A stretch of DNA of 64,000 bases from Candidatus Woesearchaeota archaeon (GTDB taxonomy: Archaea; Nanobdellota; Nanobdellia; Woesearchaeales; GW2011-AR4): NCBI GenBank assembly GCA_016181305.1, contig JACOZN010000010.1:133242-197241 (forward strand), in the 5' to 3' direction. A model generated the notes under the pieces. The model did no database searches, was not told the origin of the DNA, and worked only from the letters and a program-made list of their open reading frames with translations. Positions within the stretch are counted from its first letter, which is position 1. Each line of letters starts with the position of its first letter. Both the position numbers and the translations under genes were made by a program. Shown one piece after another: positions 17,982 to 27,258 of the stretch.

Positions 17982-19934
17982 ATGGCAGACTATATAGACT
18001 CGATTCTGAAAGAAAACAGGGTGTTTTATCCAAGCGACGAGTTCAGCAGGAAATCTTACATTAAAAACATGGCTCAGTACTCAAAGCTCTATAAAAAATC
18101 AATCGAAAACCCGGAAGCTTTCTGGGCAGGGATTGCCTCCCATATTGAGTGGTTTAAGAAATGGGACATTGTGCTGAGAAACGACATGGGCTTTTTCAAG
18201 TGGTTTGAGGGCGGCTACCTGAATGCATGCTATAACTGCCTTGACAGGATTGTCAAATCAGGCAGAAAGGACAAGATCGCCTATATATGGGAGCCTGAGA
18301 AAGGGGAAAGCAAAACATATACTTACGGGCATTTGTTAAAGGAAGTTTGCAGGCTTGCAAATGTCCTTAAGAATATGGGTGTTCAAAGGGGGCATGTTGT
18401 CGAGATATACCTTCCAATGATTCCGGAACTGCCGATTGCAATGCTTGCATGCGCGAGGATTGGGGCAATACACTCTGTCGTGTTTGCGGGGTTCAGCTCT
18501 GACGCGCTTAAGGACAGGATTCAGGATTCAAAAGCTGAGCTGCTGATTACAGCAGACGGAAGCTTCAGGAATGATAAGGTTTATCCGCTTAAGGACAATG
18601 CAGATGCGGCACTGAAGGACTGCCCGACAATCAATAAAGTTATTGTTGTAAAGAGGGCTGGCAATAAAATCAGAATGGCTGGCGGAAGGGACTTCTGGTG
18701 GCACGAATTGGTTAATGAAAAGGGCATTGCAGATTTTTGCGAGCCTGAAAGCCTGCATGCAGAGGAGTCATTGTTCATTCTTTATACAAGCGGCACAACA
18801 GGCAAGCCAAAAGGGATTTTGCATACGCAGGCCGGCTATCTGGTGTTTGTGTACCAGACTTTCAAATGGATTTTTGACATAAAAGACAACGATATTTATT
18901 TTTGCACGGCAGACATCGGATGGATTACCGGGCACAGCTACATTGTTTACGGGCCTTTGGCAAACGGAGCCACCATCATTATGTATGAGGGCTCGCCGAC
19001 ATTTCCAGAGCCTGACAGGTTCTGGCGCATTGTGGAGAAGCACAAAGCCACCATATTTTATACTGCACCGACTGCGATAAGGGCATTGGCAAAAGAGGGT
19101 GACGAGTGGCCAGGCAAATGCAACCTAAGCAGCTTAAGACTGCTCGGCACTGTAGGAGAGCCAATAAACCCCGAGGCATGGCTTTGGTATCACAGATTGA
19201 TTGGCAAAAGCAAATGCCCAATAGTAGACACTTGGTGGCAGACAGAAACAGGGGGGGTATTGATAACGCCATTGCCAGGCGCCACTCCGTTAAAGCCAGG
19301 CTCTGCCACAAAGCCGTTTTTTGGCATAGTGGCTGATGTGCTGAGGGAAGACGGAAGCAAAGCCAATGTCAATGAAGGCGGCTACCTTGTCATAAGAAAC
19401 CCATGGCCCGGGATGCTGAGAACAGTATGGAACAATCCTGACAGGTACAGGCATACATATTTTGAAAAGTTCGGGGTTTATCTTACCGGCGACACCGCAA
19501 AAATAGACGAAGACGGCTATTTCTGGATTATGGGGAGGGTTGATGATGTTATAAAGGTTGCAGGGCACAGGATCGGGAGCGCAGAGGTTGAAAGCTCCTT
19601 GGTAAGCCACAAGGATGTTGCAGAAGCTGCTGTCGTGCCTTTTCCGCACGATATAAAAGGGCAGGCTATCTATGCATTTGTTGTGCTGAAGAAAGGCGTC
19701 AAAAAAAATGATGCACTGAAAGAGGAGCTGAAGCAGCACGTTGCGCAGCATATTGGGCCGATTGCAAAGCCCGACAGGATACAATTTGCTGATGATTTGC
19801 CAAAGACGAGAAGCGGGAAGATAATGAGGCGCATTCTGAAGTCTATTGCAGAGGGAAGCACTGACTACGGCAACATAATGACTCTGGCTGAGCCGAGCGT
19901 TGTTGAAATTCTGGCAAAGAACAGGGTAGGTTAG
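17982..19934 (+). CDS. acs: acetyl-CoA synthetase (AMP-forming)
   Basis: 650 aa. AMP-binding motif [11 protein letters not shown] and a canonical Acs N-terminus (FWAGIA...). Confidence 0.9.
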   Translation: MADYIDSILKENRVFYPSDEFSRKSYIKNMAQYSKLYKKSIENPEAFWAGIASHIEWFKKWDIVLRNDMGFFKWFEGGYLNACYNCLDRIVKSGRKDKIAYIWEPEKGESKTYTYGHLLKEVCRLANVLKNMGVQRGHVVEIYLPMIPELPIAMLACARIGAIHSVVFAGFSSDALKDRIQDSKAELLITADGSFRNDKVYPLKDNADAALKDCPTINKVIVVKRAGNKIRMAGGRDFWWHELVNEKGIADFCEPESLHAEESLFILYTSGTTGKPKGILHTQAGYLVFVYQTFKWIFDIKDNDIYFCTADIGWITGHSYIVYGPLANGATIIMYEGSPTFPEPDRFWRIVEKHKATIFYTAPTAIRALAKEGDEWPGKCNLSSLRLLGTVGEPINPEAWLWYHRLIGKSKCPIVDTWWQTETGGVLITPLPGATPLKPGSATKPFFGIVADVLREDGSKANVNEGGYLVIRNPWPGMLRTVWNNPDRYRHTYFEKFGVYLTGDTAKIDEDGYFWIMGRVDDVIKVAGHRIGSAEVESSLVSHKDVAEAAVVPFPHDIKGQAIYAFVVLKKGVKKNDALKEELKQHVAQHIGPIAKPDRIQFADDLPKTRSGKIMRRILKSIAEGSTDYGNIMTLAEPSVVEILAKNRVG

Positions 19935-19984
19935 CTATTCGGTTCCGCAACATTTAAATAGGAGTTATGTATATATTGTCTTAA

Positions 19985-20042
19985 CTAACCAGTTATAATA
20001 ATAATTTGTCATTTTATGATGAAATTATCACTAACTGGTTAG
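19985..20042. promoter_or_regulatory. perfect 11-bp inverted repeat (ctaaccagtta ... taactggttag) separated by 36 bp, about 70 bp upstream of trmB-like gene 20110. Candidate operator.
   Basis: Read directly from the sequence. A cccct/agggg hairpin immediately precedes the G-rich RBS. Confidence 0.45.
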
Positions 20043-20109
20043 AAATAACAACATTTTAATAGTAGTGCTTTTTATCCCCTAAGCAATAATAAAAGGGGGG
20101 TGTGTTTAA

Positions 20110-20928
20110 ATGATAGTTAAAGAAGAATTTTTGAGCAAACTGAGAAGGTTTTTCAACCTGAATCTGTATGAAGTTAAGATTTGGACAGCCCTGCTCAGCA
20201 GGGGAGTCTCAACTGCAGGCGAGCTTTCCGACATCGCCAACGTGCCAAGAAGCAGAAGCTACGACGTTCTTGAGTCCTTGGAGAAAAAAGGGTTTGTAAT
20301 AATGAAGCTTGGCAAGCCTATAAAATATATTGCTGTGCCTCCAAAGGAGGTTGTTGAGAGGGTAAAGAAGAACGTCACAGAGTACGCAAAGGAAGAGATA
20401 AAGAAATTAAGCGATTTGAAAAACACAGACATTGTGGACGAGCTTAGCACTTTGCACACGCAAGGCGTTGAATTGGTCGAACCTGCTGACTTATCCGGAT
20501 CCCTAAGGGGAAGGCACAACCTGTACAACCACCTTGAACTTACAATCAGGAATGCAGAGGAATCTGTCACATTGATGACAACAGCCCAGGGATTCCTGAG
20601 GAAGGTTGAGGGGTTCAAGCCGACTTTCGAAAAGCTCAAGAAGAGGGGCGTCAAAATAAGAATTGCAGCTCCAATAACAAAAGACTCGATGCCTGCTTTA
20701 AAGGAGCTCCAGGGAGTTGCAGAAGTAAGGCACACTGACAGCAAGGCGAGGTTCTGCATTGTGGACGGCAAGGAAATTGTTTTTATGGTTCTTGACGATA
20801 CTGAAGTGCACCCGACCTATGACGTTGGAATTTGGGTGAATACGCCATTCTTTGCAGGCGCTCTTGAGAACCTGTTCGAGCTTGCATGGAAAGGCATGAA
20901 GCCTGCAGCAGAGGCTGTGAAGAGGTAA
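20110..20928 (+). CDS. TrmB-family transcriptional regulator
   Basis: N-terminal wHTH YEVKIWTALLSRGVSTAGELSDIANVPRSRSYDVLESLEKKGFV. The C-terminal domain is paralogous to 55250..56017. Confidence 0.8.
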   Translation: MIVKEEFLSKLRRFFNLNLYEVKIWTALLSRGVSTAGELSDIANVPRSRSYDVLESLEKKGFVIMKLGKPIKYIAVPPKEVVERVKKNVTEYAKEEIKKLSDLKNTDIVDELSTLHTQGVELVEPADLSGSLRGRHNLYNHLELTIRNAEESVTLMTTAQGFLRKVEGFKPTFEKLKKRGVKIRIAAPITKDSMPALKELQGVAEVRHTDSKARFCIVDGKEIVFMVLDDTEVHPTYDVGIWVNTPFFAGALENLFELAWKGMKPAAEAVKR

Positions 20929-21001
20929 TTTCTTTTTTTATTCTCTTATTATTCATTTTTAATACAAAAATATAAAAAACAGCACTAATTCTACGTAGCT
21001 T

Positions 21002-21259
21002 ATGGACAGGCTGGGGCAATGCAGAAAAAGGATTGATGCTATTGACAAGAACATTGCAAAGTTATTGTTAAAGAGGTTTGAGTTAGTGAATCAGATTGGC
21101 AGCTACAAAAAGAGGAATAAGGTTAAAGTTGATGACAAAAAGAGGGAAGCGCAGGTCATAAGCAATATCAAAAAAATTTCCAATGAACATAAAAAATTTA
21201 TTATGAGTATTTTCAAAAATATCATAAATTATTCAAAAAAGCTGCAAAAAAATGGCTAG
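21002..21259 (+). CDS. chorismate mutase (AroQ class)
   Basis: 85 aa. Pattern R..IDAID..I..LL..R..L...IG..K........D..RE..V is typical of AroQ. Confidence 0.7.
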   Translation: MDRLGQCRKRIDAIDKNIAKLLLKRFELVNQIGSYKKRNKVKVDDKKREAQVISNIKKISNEHKKFIMSIFKNIINYSKKLQKNG

Positions 21260-22097
21260 AAAAAATCTTATTCTTGAGCTGAAGCAGAAGGCAAAAGATT
21301 TCAGGAAAGGGGTAATTGAGGTTGTCTACAAAGCCCAGTCCGGGCATCCCGGCGGCTCGCTGAGCGAGATTGACATGCTTGTGGCTTTGTATTTCTACAA
21401 GCTGAGGGTTGATGCAAAAAACCCAAAATGGGACAACAGGGACAGGTTTGTATTAAGCAAGGGGCATGCAAGCCCCGGCATTTATGTTGTTCTTGCAGAC
21501 AGGGGGTTTTTCCCGAAGTCAGAGCTTGATGGCTTCAGAAAAATCAACAGGATGCTGCAGGGGCATCCGGAGCTAAGCACGCCGGGCATTGATTTTGCCG
21601 GCGGCTCGCTGGGGCAGGGAATATGCTTTGCGCACGGCATTGCATTGGCGTGCAGGCTTGACAAAAAAGACTGCAAAGTTTACTGCATGATAGGCGACGG
21701 GGAAGCGCAGGAAGGGGCTGTCTGGGAGGCATCCATGGCGGCTGCATTCCACAAGCTGGACAATTTAATTGTCATTCTGGACAAAAACCAGGTTCAGGAA
21801 ACCGGAAGGACGAAGGACATCATGGACTTGGGCAATGTGGCTTTGAAGTGGAAGGCTTTTGGGTGGAATACCATTGAAATCAACGGGCATGACATGGGGC
21901 AGATTGTCAAAGCCCTTGACAAGGCTTCAAAAATGAGGAACAAAAAGCCGACGATAATCATTTCAGACACAATCAAGGGGAAAGGGGTTTCTTTTATGGA
22001 ACTAAACTATAGATTCCATGGAAAAGCCCCTAATGACGAGGAATACAAAAGGGCAATTGAAGAGATTGAGAAGATTGATATTAAAAAGTTTAAATAA
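21252..22097 (+). CDS. transketolase, N-terminal (TPP-binding) subunit
   Basis: GHPGGSLS, KGHASP and GSLGQG motifs. Split tkt as in many archaea. Confidence 0.9.
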   Translation: MARKNLILELKQKAKDFRKGVIEVVYKAQSGHPGGSLSEIDMLVALYFYKLRVDAKNPKWDNRDRFVLSKGHASPGIYVVLADRGFFPKSELDGFRKINRMLQGHPELSTPGIDFAGGSLGQGICFAHGIALACRLDKKDCKVYCMIGDGEAQEGAVWEASMAAAFHKLDNLIVILDKNQVQETGRTKDIMDLGNVALKWKAFGWNTIEINGHDMGQIVKALDKASKMRNKKPTIIISDTIKGKGVSFMELNYRFHGKAPNDEEYKRAIEEIEKIDIKKFK

Positions 22098-22098
22098 A

Positions 22099-23034
22099 AT
22101 GGAAAAGGCTGCAACACGGGAAGGCTATGGAAAGGCTCTGCTTGAATTGGGCAGGATAAACAAGGATGTTGTTGTAGTTGACGCTGACCTGGGAGACAGC
22201 ACAAAGGCGGAGCATTTCGGGAAGCAGTTCCCTGAAAGGTTCTTCACGACGGGCATTGCAGAGCAGAACATGATTGGGACTGCTGCAGGGCTTTCTGTTT
22301 CAGGCAAGATTCCTTATGCAAGCACCTTTGCGGTTTTCAGCGAAAGGGCTTTTGAATTCACAAGAAACATAGTGTCAAGGAACAAGCTGAATGTGAAGCT
22401 TACAGGCTCTCATGCCGGAATTGCAACAGGCGAGGACGGCAAGTCAGCGCAGGCAATTGAGGACGTTGCTGCTTATCGCGCATTGCCAAATATGGTTGTG
22501 CTGCAGCCTGCTGATGCCGCAGAAGCCGAGAAGATGGTTTTTGCGCTTGCTGAATATAAAGGACCTTCGTACATGAGAGTCCACAGGATTGCCATGCCGA
22601 TAATACATGGCAGCAATTACAAATTCGAAATTGGGAGAGGGGAGATTTTAAGGCAGGGCAAGGATGCTGTTATTTTTGCTTCCGGCACAATGGTTCACGA
22701 AGCCCTGAAAGCTGCTACAATTCTTGAAAATGAGAAAATAAATGTTTATGTTGCCAATATATCGACTATAAAGCCAATTGACGAGAAATTAGTTATTGAA
22801 TTGGCTAAAAAAACAAATTGCGTTATAACGGCAGAGGACCATAATGTGATTGGCGGATTGGGTTCGGCTGTTGCAGAGGTTTTGGGCGAGAACTATCCCT
22901 GCCTGATGAAAAGAATTGGCGTCAAGGATGCCTATGCGGAATCCGGCAAGCCTGATGAACTGTACAGGAAATACGGGCTGGATGCTGAGTCGATTGCTGA
23001 AGAGGTTATGAAGATTATCAGTAAGAAAAAATAA
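22099..23034 (+). CDS. transketolase, C-terminal subunit
   Basis: Pyrimidine-binding and C-terminal tkt domains. The likely start is the ATG at 22099, just after the N-subunit stop; the track start at 22018 overlaps that stop. Confidence 0.9.
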   Translation: MEKAATREGYGKALLELGRINKDVVVVDADLGDSTKAEHFGKQFPERFFTTGIAEQNMIGTAAGLSVSGKIPYASTFAVFSERAFEFTRNIVSRNKLNVKLTGSHAGIATGEDGKSAQAIEDVAAYRALPNMVVLQPADAAEAEKMVFALAEYKGPSYMRVHRIAMPIIHGSNYKFEIGRGEILRQGKDAVIFASGTMVHEALKAATILENEKINVYVANISTIKPIDEKLVIELAKKTNCVITAEDHNVIGGLGSAVAEVLGENYPCLMKRIGVKDAYAESGKPDELYRKYGLDAESIAEEVMKIISKKK

Positions 23035-23060
23035 ATTAATTCAATTAAAAAAATTTACAT

Positions 23061-23130
23061 TAAAAATAAAATCAAAAACGAGAGCGACTTTTGGCTGTAT
23101 AGCGTGATAAAAGTGAACCGCTTTTGATGT
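23061..23130 (+). repeat. conserved ~70-nt element, copy B. It is in the same orientation as tal, 50–120 nt upstream of it.
   Basis: aaataaaatcaaaaacgagagcgactt... matches copy A at 5321..5390 (minus strand). Confidence 0.55.
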
Positions 23131-23178
23131 CATATTTTAAGAAAAGGTTAAAAATAGCAACATATTAGTTGATGTAAA

Positions 23179-23829
23179 ATGCAACTGTTCATTGATTCAG
23201 CCGAAATCTCAGAAATAAAAAAAGCAGCTGAGACCTCGTTATGCGATGGAGTTACTACAAACCCAACTTTGGCGGCAAAAGCTGGCAGGGATTATAATGA
23301 TATCTTAAAAGAAATCTGCTCAATCATAAAAGGGCCTGTAAGCGCAGAGACTGTTTCTCCCGATGCAGACGGCATGGTAAAAGAAGGCATTGCTTTTTCC
23401 AAAATAGCTAAAAACATTGTTGTCAAAGTCCCCATGACAGTTGAAGGCATGAAGGCGTGCCAGCAATTGACAAAAAAAGGCATCAGAGTTAATGTAACTC
23501 TAGTGTTTTCAGCAAATCAGGCCTTATTGGCAGCAAAATCAGGCGCTTTTCTGGTAAGCCCTTTTGTGGGAAGACTGGATGACATTGGGAAAGTTGGAAT
23601 GGATGTTGTCAGAGATATAAAGCAAGTCTATGACAATTACAAGCTCACAACGCAGATTTTAGTTGCTTCCGTCAGAAACCCAATTCATATTTTAGAGGCT
23701 GCCAAAATCGGAGCGGATATTGCAACAGTTCCTTATTCTGTGTTTGAGCAGCTGTTCAAGCATTCCCTGACTGATGCGGGAATAAAGAAATTCTTGGAAG
23801 ACTGGGAAAAAGTGCCGAAGAAGAAGTGA
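23179..23829 (+). CDS. tal: transaldolase (short TalC/Fsa type)
   Basis: [15 protein letters not shown]...DGVTTNP start and a Schiff-base lysine region. Confidence 0.85.
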   Translation: MQLFIDSAEISEIKKAAETSLCDGVTTNPTLAAKAGRDYNDILKEICSIIKGPVSAETVSPDADGMVKEGIAFSKIAKNIVVKVPMTVEGMKACQQLTKKGIRVNVTLVFSANQALLAAKSGAFLVSPFVGRLDDIGKVGMDVVRDIKQVYDNYKLTTQILVASVRNPIHILEAAKIGADIATVPYSVFEQLFKHSLTDAGIKKFLEDWEKVPKKK

Positions 23830-23835
23830 AAAAAA

Positions 23836-24747
23836 TTGAAAGCATTTTTAGCAAATCAATGGTATAAATTCAAAAGATGGTTTTATTCAAGGGAAAACTA
23901 TGAAAAGCATTTTAATCTACATAGATTCTTTATGAATTTACTTTATTTTATAATTTCTGTAATTGTAGTAGCAATACTCTATAAAAATGTGGATTTCTTC
24001 AATCAATATACTTTGATATTCTTCAGGATTGGATCGTTATTGCTTTTGATAGGTACTTATTTTATTGTTAGTTACTTATATAATATAATAAAACAAATTC
24101 AAAGTAAGCATTATAATTTACCAAATGGTTATAAAGCTATAATTGCGATACTTCTCATATTTTTACTAATCTTTATTTACAATCATTCAAACTTATTTAC
24201 AAGTACTGTAAAAAGGACTACAGATAAAATATCTTTATCTAACTTCAATCCGATTGCTTCATCAAAGTTAATTGGTTCAAGTAATATTGTCTCTCCAGAT
24301 GCTATAAGTTCTAAATTAGATTTTAGAAGATTTACAAGTTTTTTACCTCAACCATGGGGGTTCTTGTTATTTTGGGGTATTATTATAGCAATAGCTTTAA
24401 CATTTTTAAGTAAATTCGTATTTCATGGAGAATTACCTATTTGGTTGGTTTGGATATTATTTATTATTGGCATAATTATGATTTTTCAATACAAAATCCC
24501 ATATAATACTGTAAAGGTAAGTGGATTTAATATGAAATGTAATGAAAATAATAAAATAATTGTTGAAAATAGTGCTTTAGGATTTGGTGAAATGGTTGTG
24601 GGGATGGAGTTATCAATATCTTGCCTAGAATATAAATCGTCTCAATGCAGACCCACATGTATAAACAAACAACCGATGTGTCAATGCGAAGCAAATTTAA
24701 TTGATTTAATATTTCATCAAAAAGGAGATTGGTTTTTAGGAGGTTGA
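23836..24747 (+). CDS. multi-pass membrane protein with a Cys-rich C-terminus
   Basis: 303-aa AT-rich ORF with several TM helices, ending ...CLEYKSSQCRPTCINKQPMCQCE. Confidence 0.45.
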   Translation: MKAFLANQWYKFKRWFYSRENYEKHFNLHRFFMNLLYFIISVIVVAILYKNVDFFNQYTLIFFRIGSLLLLIGTYFIVSYLYNIIKQIQSKHYNLPNGYKAIIAILLIFLLIFIYNHSNLFTSTVKRTTDKISLSNFNPIASSKLIGSSNIVSPDAISSKLDFRRFTSFLPQPWGFLLFWGIIIAIALTFLSKFVFHGELPIWLVWILFIIGIIMIFQYKIPYNTVKVSGFNMKCNENNKIIVENSALGFGEMVVGMELSISCLEYKSSQCRPTCINKQPMCQCEANLIDLIFHQKGDWFLGG

Positions 24748-24748
24748 A

Positions 24749-24952
24749 GTGCAACAACCAAGAAGCTTTGTAGATTTTAATATGAAAAATTGGAGAAATT
24801 TTGGTATTTATATTATGCTACTAGGACTAGTTATTATGTTTTTAAGTGACCAATGGAAAATTGGTAGAGGATTTTTTCTTATTGGAGCAATATTCACCGC
24901 TATTTTTCAAGGACCTAAAATATTTAAAATTCTTAAAAAGAAAAATTGGTAG
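24749..24952 (+). CDS. small membrane protein
   Basis: 67-aa ORF with two TM helices. It follows the preceding gene immediately. Confidence 0.35.
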   Translation: MQQPRSFVDFNMKNWRNFGIYIMLLGLVIMFLSDQWKIGRGFFLIGAIFTAIFQGPKIFKILKKKNW

Positions 24953-25009
24953 GTTATAATAAATTCTCTAACCAAAGCCTTTTTATACCATTTTCTTTAT
25001 CTTTGCCTT

Positions 25010-26146
25010 ATGGTACAACAGTACAACGTCAAAGACGCTAAAAGCCATGTGTCGGCTCATGAAAGGAAGGTGAAGGAGCTAGAGGAAGAGCTGTCAACCA
25101 CAAAATACAACAAGAAGACGCAGGGGCATATCGGGTTAGTAAAGGCGAAGTTAGCAAAGATAAAAGAGGAGTACCAGAGAAAAGCTGCTGCAAAAGGCGG
25201 CGGAACTGGATTTTCTGTCAAGAGAAGCGGGGATGCGACTGCAATAATGGTTGGGTTTCCAAGCGTAGGCAAATCAACCTTGCTGAATGCAATAACAAAT
25301 GCAAACTCTCCAGTTGGCGCTTATGCTTTCACAACATTAACCTGCATTCCGGGACTGATGGACTACAATCATGCAAAAATACAGGTGCTGGACGTTCCTG
25401 GAATTGTTGAAGGCGCTGCAACAGGCAGGGGCAGGGGAAGGGAAGTTCTTGCATGCGCGCAGAGCGCAGACCTGGTTATAATCCTTCTTGATATTTTCAA
25501 TCCAGAGCATCTGGAAGTTGTCAGGAATGAAATCTACGAGACCGGCTTGAGAATGAACCAAAAGCCTCCTCAAGTCAGGATTTCAAAAAAAATGAGAGGA
25601 GGAATTGACATTGGATTGACTGTAAAACTGACAAAGATAAGCCCGGAAACCATAAAAACAATACTGAAGGAGTTCAGGCTGGAGAATTCAAGCATTGTCA
25701 TAAGGGAGGACATAACAGACGACCAGCTGATTGATGTAATTGAAGGCAATAAAAAATATGTTCCTGCCATAACAGTCCTGAACAAGATAGACATGGTTGA
25801 TGAAGAAGAGCTGGAAAGAGTAAAGGCAATTGTAAAGCCGGACATCTGCATTTCCGCAGAGCTGAAGGCTGGCACAGAGGAATTAAAGGACTTGATTTTC
25901 AAAAAGCTTGAATTCATAAGGGTTTACTGCAAGGAGGCAGGCAAGAAAGCTGACATGGGAGTGCCTTTGATAATGAGGAAAGGCAACACATTAAGGGATG
26001 TCTGCACCAAGCTCCACAAGGATTTTGTAAGCAAGTTCAGGTTTGCAAGGGTTTGGGGAAAAGGTATGAAATTCCCGGGACAGGTTATCAGAAAGCTTGA
26101 GCATGTTGTGCAGGATAATGACATCGTTGAGGTGCATGTGAGTTGA
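25010..26146 (+). CDS. developmentally regulated GTP-binding protein (DRG, Obg family) with a TGS domain
   Basis: G1 GFPSVGKST, G3 DVPG and a C-terminal TGS domain. Length about 370 aa. Confidence 0.85.
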   Translation: MVQQYNVKDAKSHVSAHERKVKELEEELSTTKYNKKTQGHIGLVKAKLAKIKEEYQRKAAAKGGGTGFSVKRSGDATAIMVGFPSVGKSTLLNAITNANSPVGAYAFTTLTCIPGLMDYNHAKIQVLDVPGIVEGAATGRGRGREVLACAQSADLVIILLDIFNPEHLEVVRNEIYETGLRMNQKPPQVRISKKMRGGIDIGLTVKLTKISPETIKTILKEFRLENSSIVIREDITDDQLIDVIEGNKKYVPAITVLNKIDMVDEEELERVKAIVKPDICISAELKAGTEELKDLIFKKLEFIRVYCKEAGKKADMGVPLIMRKGNTLRDVCTKLHKDFVSKFRFARVWGKGMKFPGQVIRKLEHVVQDNDIVEVHVS

Positions 26147-26181
26147 GTTAGTCATTAATCTTACAAAAATTAGCAGTCAAA

Positions 26182-27021
26182 ATGGTTAAAGTTGGGGTAT
26201 TGGGGCATACGGGAAGATTAGGAAAACCTTTAGTTGAAATTCTTAAACATCATCCTTATGCAGAAATAGTTTATACTCATAGTACAAGTGAGCCCAGTAA
26301 AATAACTTTATCAGAATCCAAAGCTGAATTACTTTTCTCAGCTTTAGGGGAAGGAGCCAGTAAAGAATATGAACATGAATGGCGGGATATCAGGGTAATA
26401 GACCTTAGTATTGATCATAGATATCATCCAGAATGGACCTATGGTTTGCCTGAATTAAACAGGGGACAGATTAAAGGTGCGCAATATGTTGCAAATCCTG
26501 GATGCTATGCAACTTCTATAATCTTAGGATTAGCCCCTATTAAGCACAAAGTTAGTGAAGTGAGTATACAAGCCAATAGCGGCATTTCAGGAGCAGGTTT
26601 AGAAAAACAAGAAGAAGATAACTTCGGACCTTATAAAGAAGGACAATCTCATGAACAAATTCCAGAAATAGAAAGAAGTTTAGGGCTCCATGGTATTACA
26701 CTATTTCCGCAAAGACTGGACAACACGGATAGGGGCATTATCTCAACAATTTTTGCAAAAATTGAAGGCTCTGAAGATTTGTTAGAAATTTACCGGCAAT
26801 TTTATGCATCAGAATCTTTTGTTAGAGTGCAAAATCAGGATTACAAAATTGAAGTCAAAAAAGTAAATAGAACTAATTTCTGTGACATTAAAACTTATAG
26901 ATTTGGAGAGAGAATAACTGTTGTTTCCACATTAGACAACTTAATCAAAGGAGGTTCAGGACAGGCTGTGCAGAATTTTAACTTGATGTATGGTTTTGAT
27001 GAGACTCTTGGACTAGTTTGA
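26182..27021 (+). CDS. ArgC/LysY-family semialdehyde dehydrogenase (N-acetyl-gamma-glutamyl-phosphate reductase-like), short form
   Basis: ANPGCYATSIILGLAP active-site Cys motif, SGISGAG, and C-terminal DNLIKGGSGQAVQNFNLMYGF. Only 279 aa against about 340 typical. AT-rich codons. Confidence 0.6.
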   Translation: MVKVGVLGHTGRLGKPLVEILKHHPYAEIVYTHSTSEPSKITLSESKAELLFSALGEGASKEYEHEWRDIRVIDLSIDHRYHPEWTYGLPELNRGQIKGAQYVANPGCYATSIILGLAPIKHKVSEVSIQANSGISGAGLEKQEEDNFGPYKEGQSHEQIPEIERSLGLHGITLFPQRLDNTDRGIISTIFAKIEGSEDLLEIYRQFYASESFVRVQNQDYKIEVKKVNRTNFCDIKTYRFGERITVVSTLDNLIKGGSGQAVQNFNLMYGFDETLGLV

Positions 27022-27089
27022 TGCTATAACAAAAATAATTTTTCCCCGCAACCTTTAAATACCCCTCCATCTTACCCAACTCCCTGAAA

Positions 27090-27188
27090 ATGATAAGAAA
27101 AGCTGAAAATTTGATGGCGAGGATTGGATTTGCTTTCTACAGGCTTTTTTCCAGCTTCAGGTATTTCTTTTTTTATTTTAAGCACTGA
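27090..27188 (+). CDS. candidate Phe/Tyr-rich leader peptide (MIRKAENLMARIGFAFYRLFSSFRYFFFYFKH)
   Basis: 32 codons, below the ORF-track cutoff. 9 Phe and 3 Tyr in the last 19 residues. A TATA-like tttaaata lies about 35 nt upstream. The ORF is 70 nt upstream of the DAHP synthase start. Confidence 0.35.
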   Translation: MIRKAENLMARIGFAFYRLFSSFRYFFFYFKH

Positions 27189-27258
27189 TTGGCTTCTTTA
27201 TCAACAGAACGCTAATCCCATTGTCTAAACATGATAAAAAACTAAACAAGGTGAGAAA

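Noticed and set aside
22018-22098. Track start of the transketolase C-subunit ORF at 22018, overlapping the N-subunit by 80 bp.
   Set aside because: The first 27 codons have no tkt similarity. An ATG at 22099 immediately follows the upstream stop and begins the conserved MEKAATREGYGKAL sequence.
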